From a virus (Duplodnaviria > Caudoviricetes): a DNA stretch of 32,570 nt. The notes below the pieces were generated by a model. It worked only from the letters and a program-made list of their open reading frames with translations, was not told where the DNA came from and ran no database searches. Where the stretch lies: the IMG/VR virus record IMGVR_UViG_3300030433_003165, positions 1-32,570 of that record; one strand, 5' to 3'. The translations under genes were made by a program, and so were the position numbers. Shown piece by piece: positions 16,614 to 26,100 of the stretch; within the stretch, counting starts at the first letter, position 1; each line of letters opens with the position of its first letter.

Positions 16614-18575
16614 ATGGCCAAGTTAGGAATAAGTACTGGTTCTTCGCCTAATGATGGAACAGGTGATAGTTTGATTGATGGTGCCGTAAAGATAAACTCC
16701 AATTTTAATGAGATCTATAACCTTATCGGTGATGGGTCAACACTTGCAGCTCCAGTTACCAGTGTCACAGCTGGAGCTGGCATTAACTTAAGTGGATCCA
16801 CTGGTAGTGTTACTATTACCAACACTGGTATTGCAAACACTAATAATCTTAGAACTGATTTCCTCGAAGTTAGCGGTATCTCTACTCTTAGTGGTGGACT
16901 TCAAGTTCCTGGAGGAACTGGAACTAACAATCGTATTGAATTAGGAAATAGTCAAGAAGTTTCACTTCAATACAATACATCATCTTCTAGAGGTTTGATC
17001 TCTGCAGCAGCAGATCCAATTGACATTCAAGCAACTTCTATTAGATTACTTTCTAATTCAGGTGAGAGTGGTATTGATGTAATTGGAAATGCTGAGGTAT
17101 CACTTTATTACGACAACTCTAAGAAATTAGAAACCACCACCCATGGTGCTAAGGTAACAGGTGTATGTTCTGCAACATCCTTTATTGGTGATGGTTCGGC
17201 ACTGACTGGTATTTCCGCTGGAACAGGTAACACGACGAATGTAAGCACCAACTCCCTGGTTGTTGTTGGTGTTGCAACTGTTGGATCTGGAACATCTACT
17301 AATGGAGTAGAGGCTCCTGCTCTGACACTGTCACACAATAACCCAACTGTTGTAAGCACAGCTGGAACACTTGGTCAGATCAAACAAATTGGTAGTCAAC
17401 CATATTATTATGATGGGACAGATTGGAGAGCACTATTCCTCATAGCTGGTATCTCCACTGCTAACCTGGCAGATACTGATTGGGATAATACAATGATTCG
17501 TCTGAACTTCGATCAGACTGACATTGGTAGTATGGTCAACCTGAAGGATAATGTGGCTCCTTCTTCCACAGGCACTGTTGATCTTGTTTCTTCACCAGTC
17601 AAGTATGGTACGAAGTCTGCAAGATATCCAGCAAATACTACTGGAATACAATTTGATCAAGACAATAATGGAAGTGTCCGTTATTCCTTTGAAGGGCCTT
17701 GGACATTAGAGGGTTGGTTCTTCTTTGATGGATCTAACCTGACAAACAATACGACGACTGTATCTGCTACAAAATTATTTGCAAACTATAATTCTAATAC
17801 AGGAACTGGTACTAACTGGGATATAGGAGTTTACTACTCTGGTAGTGGAGCTGGTGACAATGCACTTTACAATTTCTATTGGCATAATAGAGCTTCAAGT
17901 AACACTTCTTCAGGTGAGGCTGGAAACTCAGCCACCGGATTCATTCTTCTTCAAACAGCTAAATCTAATTTCTGTGATAACGCTTGGCACCACATTGCTA
18001 TTACAAGAAATTCTTCAAATGGAGCAATTAAATTCTTCCTTGATGGTCAATTATCATCTTTAACTGCTTCCAACCAGTTGATTGAGAATGATATTAATGA
18101 TACGACCAATAAAGAATTTTCTATTGGTTATCACTCTCACACAAATGTTGGTACAGGTTGGTTTGACGGAAACATTGATGATATCAGAGTTTCTAGTATT
18201 GAAAGATATGCAACTGGATTTACTCCACCATCATCAGCTCTTCCAATCACTGGTTCTACAACCACAGTCATCACACCACCTGACAGTAAGATTGGTGAAC
18301 TTGCTCTTGGTAACTCACCAGCTTGGACTGGAACACCTGGAGTCACTCCTACACGAATTGCATCAGGTCAATACAGAATCACATTTGCTACCGCATATTC
18401 CAACGCCACCGACTATACCATTCAAGCTAGTATGAATGATTTCACACCTGTAACTACAGCTGTGGGTATTGGTGTGAGTAGATTTACTACACACGCTGAT
18501 TTCTTTGTGAATAGAGTGGATGGTGGTACCACTGTTGATACAGGTAGTATCGCAATTGATCTCTATAAAAAGTGA
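16614..18575 (+). CDS. Putative baseplate-attached fibre/adhesin: gp9/gp10-like N-terminal anchor plus LamG/ConA-like lectin domain, 653 aa
   Basis: N-terminus MAK.GI.TG..PNDGTGDSL..GA.KIN.NF.EIY (T4 gp9/10-type). Fibre motif V.LYYDNSKKLETT..G..VTG. LamG-like motifs WTLEGWF, WHHIAITR, FFLDG and FDGNIDDIRVS. Confidence 0.75.
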   Translation: MAKLGISTGSSPNDGTGDSLIDGAVKINSNFNEIYNLIGDGSTLAAPVTSVTAGAGINLSGSTGSVTITNTGIANTNNLRTDFLEVSGISTLSGGLQVPGGTGTNNRIELGNSQEVSLQYNTSSSRGLISAAADPIDIQATSIRLLSNSGESGIDVIGNAEVSLYYDNSKKLETTTHGAKVTGVCSATSFIGDGSALTGISAGTGNTTNVSTNSLVVVGVATVGSGTSTNGVEAPALTLSHNNPTVVSTAGTLGQIKQIGSQPYYYDGTDWRALFLIAGISTANLADTDWDNTMIRLNFDQTDIGSMVNLKDNVAPSSTGTVDLVSSPVKYGTKSARYPANTTGIQFDQDNNGSVRYSFEGPWTLEGWFFFDGSNLTNNTTTVSATKLFANYNSNTGTGTNWDIGVYYSGSGAGDNALYNFYWHNRASSNTSSGEAGNSATGFILLQTAKSNFCDNAWHHIAITRNSSNGAIKFFLDGQLSSLTASNQLIENDINDTTNKEFSIGYHSHTNVGTGWFDGNIDDIRVSSIERYATGFTPPSSALPITGSTTTVITPPDSKIGELALGNSPAWTGTPGVTPTRIASGQYRITFATAYSNATDYTIQASMNDFTPVTTAVGIGVSRFTTHADFFVNRVDGGTTVDTGSIAIDLYKK

Positions 18576-18586
18576 TCTTTTCCCCT

Positions 18587-18594
18587 AATAAATA
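18587..18594 (+). promoter_or_regulatory. T4-type late promoter (AATAAATA)
   Basis: Intergenic, 19 nt before the g8 ATG. Confidence 0.8.
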
Positions 18595-18613
18595 ACAAAA
18601 AGTCCTGCAACAA

Positions 18614-20170
18614 ATGGCTGCAATAATTACTGACCAACTTCGTATCTTGAATGCGAAGAATTTTGTGGCTGGTGTTCAATCCAGTTCCAATTCTTACTAC
18701 GCATTTATTGGACTACCTAACCCTGAAGACTATCAGTCTGACTGGGATACAAGTCCTCCTGCTCCAAAGGATTCTTTGGATCAGTCAGATGATTACTGGG
18801 ACACCATGTTGGCCATGAAGAAGATTAATTCTTCTGACATCAGCCAAGTTGTAAGGAAGACAACATGGGCTTCTGGTATCACATATGATATGTGGAGAAA
18901 CGATATCACTCGTACTAATCCTTCACAACCTTCTGGTTCGTTTGATATCTATTCGGCAAACTATTATGTAATGAACTCTGATTTCAGAGTTTATATCTGT
19001 CTGTACAATAACGCCACTCCTGAAAACAACTTCCAGGGTGGACCTTCTCTGGATGAACCCACATTCACTGACATTGAACCCAGAGCAGCAGGTAACAGTG
19101 GTGATGGTTACATCTGGAAGTACCTTTACACCATCAAACCCAGTCAGGCTATCAAGTTTGACTCAACAAGTTACATCCCTACACCAAACAATTGGGAGAC
19201 CAATACGGATGTTGAGGCTGTTAGACAAAACGCAGCATCTTCTGGACAACTGAAGATTTGTACAATCCGTAACCGTGGTGTTGGACTGGGAACGGCTAAC
19301 TCTACTTACACAGGAGTTCCTATTCTTGGTGATGGTTTTGGTGCAGAGGCCACAATCGTTGTTAATAACGATTCTAAGGTTGAGACCATCACTGTCTCGA
19401 AGGGTGGTGAAGGATACTCTTACGGAACTGTTGATCTTGTTGCTGGTGGAGTACCTACAGGAACAACAACACCTGTTTTCAATGTAATCATTCCTCCTCC
19501 TGGTGGTCACGGAGCTGATATCTATCGTGAATTGGGTGCATTCAATGTACTGACATATGCACGATTTGAGAATGACACAGAGAATCCTGACTTCATCACT
19601 GGTAACCAATTTGCAAGAGTTGGATTGATTGAGAACCCTAAAGCTTACGACTCAGCTGAGAATCTGACACTGGATAAGGCTAGTGCACTATATGCAATGA
19701 GATTGACTGGCATCGGTTACAGTGCGGCAACCTTTACTCCTGACACAGAGATCACCCAGACGGTTGGTCTTGGATCGACAGCTGTAGGTAGAGTTGTATC
19801 TTATGATCAGGTAACTGGTGTTCTTAAGTATTGGCAGGATAGAACAAACTCTGGATTTAGTTCTGATGGAACCCTGGACGCCACACCCATTTATGGGTTC
19901 AGATCGAACAAATTTACCTCTAATCCCAGTGGTGGTGGTAATCTGACAATCAATGGTGGATCTGTTGTGTTGGGTATTCAGACTGCATTCCAGGGTGTCT
20001 CAACAGTTCTAAATAGTCGTACATATTATCTGGGTCAGAATTTTGTAAATGGTTTAGCTGATCCCGAGAGTCAGAAGTTCTCTGGAGATATCATTTACGT
20101 TGATAATAGACCATCGGTCACGAGGTCTAGTTCCCAAAAAGAAGATGTAAAAATTATCTTGCAATTCTAA
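18614..20170 (+). CDS. g8: Baseplate wedge subunit gp8
   Basis: Motifs MAAIITDQLRILNA.NF, W..M.AMKKI, YYVMNSDFRVY.CL.N, DGYIWKYLYTI and C-terminal SGDIIYVDNR....R...QKED.KIILQF. Confidence 0.93.
   Translation: MAAIITDQLRILNAKNFVAGVQSSSNSYYAFIGLPNPEDYQSDWDTSPPAPKDSLDQSDDYWDTMLAMKKINSSDISQVVRKTTWASGITYDMWRNDITRTNPSQPSGSFDIYSANYYVMNSDFRVYICLYNNATPENNFQGGPSLDEPTFTDIEPRAAGNSGDGYIWKYLYTIKPSQAIKFDSTSYIPTPNNWETNTDVEAVRQNAASSGQLKICTIRNRGVGLGTANSTYTGVPILGDGFGAEATIVVNNDSKVETITVSKGGEGYSYGTVDLVAGGVPTGTTTPVFNVIIPPPGGHGADIYRELGAFNVLTYARFENDTENPDFITGNQFARVGLIENPKAYDSAENLTLDKASALYAMRLTGIGYSAATFTPDTEITQTVGLGSTAVGRVVSYDQVTGVLKYWQDRTNSGFSSDGTLDATPIYGFRSNKFTSNPSGGGNLTINGGSVVLGIQTAFQGVSTVLNSRTYYLGQNFVNGLADPESQKFSGDIIYVDNRPSVTRSSSQKEDVKIILQF
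20009..20015 (+). promoter_or_regulatory. Candidate internal late promoter (CTAAATA) inside g8
   Basis: Encoded as CTA AAT AGT (L-N-S), about 160 nt upstream of the 20177 gene, which has no intergenic promoter of its own. Confidence 0.4.
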
Positions 20171-20176
20171 GAAATC

Positions 20177-23100
20177 ATGCCACAGGAAACTAACCTCAAC
20201 GTTGCTCCTTATTTTGACGATTTTGATCCACAGAGTAACTATTATAAAGTTCTTTTCAAGCCAGCGTATCCAGTCCAAGCTAGGGAGTTAAACAATCTTC
20301 AGTCGATTCTTCAGAATCAGGTTGAGGATATGGGTCAGCACTTCTTCAAAGAAGGTGCTAAGGTCATTCCTGGTCAGTTGACATACCTGAGTAGTTACTA
20401 TGCTATTCAGATTGAACCCGAGTACCTTGGTATTCCTGTAACTCTTTATCTTGATCAACTTGTTGGAACATTGATCACTGGACAACAATCTGGTGTAACT
20501 GCAAGAGTAAGTTCATATATCACAAACGAGGAGTCTGAGAGAGGTAATTATACACTCTATATTGACTACTTTGAGTCGTCAACGACTGATGCTGCTACTG
20601 CAACCTTTTTCGACGATGAAGTTCTCCTGACTTCTGAGAACATCCAGTTCGCCACTACATTCATTGGAGCTAATGAGGGATTTGCAAAGGCACTTCCCGT
20701 AAATGCTAATGCAGTTGGTAGTGCGTTTGCACTCTCGAATGGTGTTTACTTCCTGAGAGGTCACTTTGTTGATGTTGCCGATCAGATTCTGATTCTTGAT
20801 CAATATAATAACAAACCCAGTTACAGAATTGGTCTGAATGTTATTGAGAGTATCGTATCTTCCGACGAAGATCCTACTCTGACTGATAACGCTCAGGGAT
20901 TCAACAACTATACAGCTCCTGGAGCTGACAGATTTAAGATTAGTGCCACACTTCAGAAGAAGGCATCTAATGATTACGACGACCAGAACTTCGTTCAACT
21001 GGCTGAAGTTCAGAATGGTATTCTGAGAGAAGTCAATACTGGAACAGATTATAATATTCTGGGTGATGAGTTGGCCAGAAGGACTTTTGATGAGTCTGGT
21101 CACTACTACACTCGTGATTTCCTTTCCACTGTTCATAACAGTTTGAACAATGGTTTTGGTAACCGTGGTATCTACAACGCAAATCAAACCACATATCAAG
21201 GAAATACACCAAGTGATGATCTCGGTATCTACAAGATCTCTCCTGGTAAGGCATATGTAAGAGGATATGAGGTAGAACTGAGAGGACCCTCGTTCCTTGA
21301 CTTCCCCAAACCAAGAACCACCAAAACTCTGGAAGGAAGATCGGTATCTTTCTCCTTCGGTCCATCATTCCAAGTCAATAGAGCGTTCGGTGCTCCATCC
21401 ATCGGATTCGATACAACAAATATCATCAGTCTGAGAGACAATAGAGTTGGAACTGACCAGGCAATCGCACCAGGTAAAGAGATTGGTGTTGCAAGATTCT
21501 ATGATTCCGCTCTTGAGAGTGGTGCATACGATAATGTCTATCCTGACACCAACAGATGGGACGTATCACTGTTCGATCTTCAGACTTATACTGAGATTGA
21601 CCTCAATACCGCAACAACACTGACCACTCCTGTCTTCATTGAAGGTAAATCGAGTGGTGCAACAGCGTATTTGAGACACTCTATCAGTGCTGGTACCGCA
21701 TTGACCGCATATTGTGTTCAGGGTGAGTTCTTTATTGGTGAAAGACTTGAATTTAACGGTACAAGTGAAAATTCAAGAACAACAACCGATGTTCATAACT
21801 ACGAAATCTCGGATATTCAGTCACTTTTTGGTTCTGTAGGTGCTGCAGGAACATTTTCCGCTGATGTTATCCCCCAAGTTGACACTGTAATCGGTATTGC
21901 ATCGATCACAGCTCATCATAATGGAATTTCCACGGTTTCTACTCCTGGACAAACTTGGCCTGGTATCGTTACAACTGGTAATCTAGTCCAATATTCAGAT
22001 CCAGCAAAAGATTTCCCCAATCTGGCTCGTGTTACTCAAGTAAATACGAATTCTATCCAAATTACTGGAGTTCAGACTGTTACCGCATATCGTGAGGGTG
22101 GTCTTTCTAGCTCTTTGGTCGATGTAACTGACTTTTCGATCGTCAAATCCGACCTCCAACAGACTTCTGGTGGAAATGTCATCAATAATGAGTCACTTTA
22201 CAGTGTACTACCTCATACCAACGTTCAAAGTGTCGATCTGACGAATTCCAACATTGTTATTAGAAAGAGTTTCACTGTAAATATCTCAAATAATTCGACT
22301 GGAACGGTTGCAGCTGCAGCAAATGAAACTTTCCTTCCATTTGACGAAGAAAGATACACTTTGGTCCGTTCTGATGGATCATTTGAGATTCTGACACAAG
22401 ATAAATTCACATTTAGTGCTGGAAACACCCAAGTTACGATTAATGGTCTTGGTGCCAACGATACTGGATCTACATTGACCGCAGCTTTGAGAAAAGCGAA
22501 CATCAAAGCTAAGTCTAAGATCAAAAAAGTAGCAGAATCTGTAATTATTAGTAGATCCAATGTTGAAGGGTCTGGAACTGGTGATGAAACACTAAATGAT
22601 GGTCTGACTTATGGTAATTTCCCTTACGGAACTCGTGTTCAGGACGAAACTGTCATTCTGAACGTGCCTGACGTTGTAATGGTGTACGGAGTCTTTGAGG
22701 CTAGTGGTACAGCTGACCCAGAAGCTCCAAGTATGACGACTGCGTCACTTGATGGTCCCAATAACACGACAAATGACCTTATTATTGGAGAACAGGTCAT
22801 TGGAACTATCAGTGGAACAAGAGCCAAGTACATTAACAAGAAATCTGACACCGAAATCAACTTTGTTTATGAAAATAACTCCAGATTTGAAAATGGAGAG
22901 ATTATCAACTTTGCTGATTCAGGTGTAAGTGCTATTGCAGCTGATTTGGCACTTAATGACCCAAATATCCTCGATAGATACAAACTTCAAAATGGTCAGA
23001 GAGATACAATCTATGATTTCTCAAGACTTGTAAGAAGAGAGGGTGAAAGACCACCTTCAAGAAAGATCAGAGTATATTACATGTCTGCAGAGTACGACAG

Positions 23101-26100
23101 CTCTGATACTGGTGATGTAACTCTTGCAAACTCCTACGATAACTTCAATTACGCAGCTGAAATTCCATCCTACAAAGGAAATAGAACTGTAGACTTCGTT
23201 GACGCTAGACCAAGAGTGTCGAAGTATTCTGGTGTGGCTGGAGATAGGTCTCCTCTTGAATTCTTGGGTAGAAACTTCTCTGGTGGTCAGCATAGTACAA
23301 GGAATGTGCTGGCATCGGATGAATCGATGACATTTGACTATAGTTTCTATCTTCCTAGAATTGATAGAATCTATCTTGACAAAGATGGTTTCTTGTCAGT
23401 CAAACAAGGAGCTCCTGCAGAGGAACCAGGTCTTCCTGATGAAGTATCAGGAGCGATGAACATCGCCAATGTTTATCTTCCTCCTTATCTGTATGCACCT
23501 CGACAGGCTCGTGTACAATTCATCCAACATAAGAGATATCAGATGTCTGATATCGCTAAGATTGAGATGAGGGTCAAGGATCTTGAATATTACACCTCAC
23601 TTAATATTCTCGAAAGTGCAACTCTGAATCAATTCGTACCTGACGCAAATGGTCTGAATAGATTTAAGTCTGGTATCTTTGTTGATAATTTTAGTGATCT
23701 TGAAGGTCAAGACACTCAGGTTGGTATCCGTAATAGTATTGATAGATCAAATAAGGCACTGAGACCTGCACACTATACAACCGCTCTTAATCTTCAACTT
23801 GGTAATACCACTATCGCTGGTATTGGTACGACAAACGCACCTAATCAAGATGCAAGATTTGCTGATGTTCTGGGAACTAATGTAAGAAGAAGTGGTCAGA
23901 TGATCACTCTTGATTACAATGAAACATCTTGGTTGAGACAACCCTTTGCTACAAGAGTTGAGAGTGTAACTCCTTTCTTGGTCAAGTTCTGGGAAGGCTC
24001 ACTGAGATTTGAACCTGATGTTGATGTCTGGATTGATGTCAACAGAATGGAACTGAGAGATGTTCTCATGGAGGGTTCCTTCTTGGGTGTGGCTGAAGCA
24101 CTTGGTGCGGAAGTCACCACACACGCTGATGGTTCAAGATCTGGTATCACACCAATCATTTGGCAGTCATGGGAGACTATGGGTGTTGATGTTTCCTTTG
24201 ATCTTGGAAGTTCTACATCTTCTTCTTCTACTTTCTCAAACAGACAAGGAACGGTTGATGAATTCCTTGATATGTGGGAAGGTGGTAACGCACAACGACA
24301 AATTGATAGAAGAGGTGGAAATGCTCCTTCTGGATTCCGAGTCGAAGAAGAATCAGTTACAAATACAACCACAATCACTGGTACTGTAGGTGTAGATCTT
24401 CAGCAACAGAGAAGAGGTAAACAACACACTGTCAATGAGCAGATTGATACTGAATCACTGGGTGATCGTATCGTATCTCGTGAAGTTATTCAGTTTATGA
24501 GAGCTCGTAATATTGAGTTCACATCCACAAGACTGAAGCCTTTCACACAGGTATATCCCTTCTTCGATAATGTAGATGTTACTCGTTTCTGTATCTCCAA
24601 ACTAGTGGAGATTGAAATGGTATCTGGTACATTCCAAGTATCTGAAGCTGTCGCAGGTATTATGCCATCTGCAGAAGATACTGAGGATGATACACCTTCT
24701 ACCCTTGCAGCAATCGTAGCTCGTGTTGCTACACCTAATCATAAGTATGGTCCTTATAACAATCCTAGAGATATCTTTGAAAGAAATCCATACAACAGAG
24801 AAGAAAGAATTCCTGAAGAGTACTCAGAAACATCTACAATTCTGAACCTTGATACGTTCAGTTTGGCATCTGATGATAATCCTGAGTTCCAAGGTTATCT
24901 TGCACCTAACATGATTCTGAGAGGTGTCAACAGTAACGCTGAAGCTCGTGTAACTGATGTAAGACTGGTTACAGATAGACTTGGTACCCTGATTGGTTCA
25001 TTCAGAGTTCCTTCTTCTGAGGATCCTGCAAACCCAATCTTTGAGACAGGTCGTTCTAGACTGAGACTCACCAGTTCTCCAATTGATAGTCGTGTTGAGG
25101 GTGTCGCCACTACGGCAGCAGAAGAGATCTTCTACTCTCAAGGTGACATGGATAACACTCAGGAGGTCACACTGTCCCTGAGAAACGCTAGAGTCGAAAC
25201 TGACGATAGTTTCCTTCAGACTCGTACTATTGGTGACTCGGCTACAGCGTCTACGTCCTTCCAAAACGGAGCTACTGAGACCAGATTGACTGGTGAGTAT
25301 AGAGACCCTCTTGCACAATCCTTTATCGTTGATGATCCAACTGGTGTATATCTGACTTCTGTCGATATCTTCTTCCAGAGAGTTCCTACCGATGAGTCTA
25401 CTCCTGTTACAGTACAGATTCGTGAGGTTGAACTGGGTACTCCCTCTCAGAGAATCCTGGCATACTCCGAGGTTGATAAGTCACCTGAAGAGATTACCAC
25501 CTCAGAAGATGCTAGTATCCCAACCAAATTCACATTTGAATCTCCTGTCTTCCTGAATGGTCAGAGAGAATACGCTATCATCATTATCTCCAACTCCACC
25601 GAATACGCAGTTTGGATCTCCAGACTTGGTGAGTCTGATGTGGCTACATTGGGTAGAGAGGAAGGACAAATCCTTGTTTCTTCCCAGAGACTTCTGGGTT
25701 CGTTGTATAAGTCACAGAACGCTTCGGTCTGGACACCTTCTCAATATGAAGACCTCACCTTCCAACTGTTTAGAGCTGACTTTATTCAGAGTGGTTCGGT
25801 TCAGTTCTTTAATCCTCCTTCTCCCAGTGAGTATGAGGTCATGAGACCAAACCCAATCAGTATGGAATCTAACACCATCAGAGTTGGTCTTGGTACTACT
25901 GTAACTGATACTGGTATCGCTGTTGGTAATTTGGTCACACAAGAGAACACCAACGCTTCTGGTAGATTCGTTGGATATGGTGGTTCCGCAACAGGAACAC
26001 TCACACTGACAAATGTGGGTGCTGGATTTACACCTACCTCTGGTGGACATTATACCTTTACTGGCATCGCTCTCACATCCCTGACTGGTAATGGACTGAA

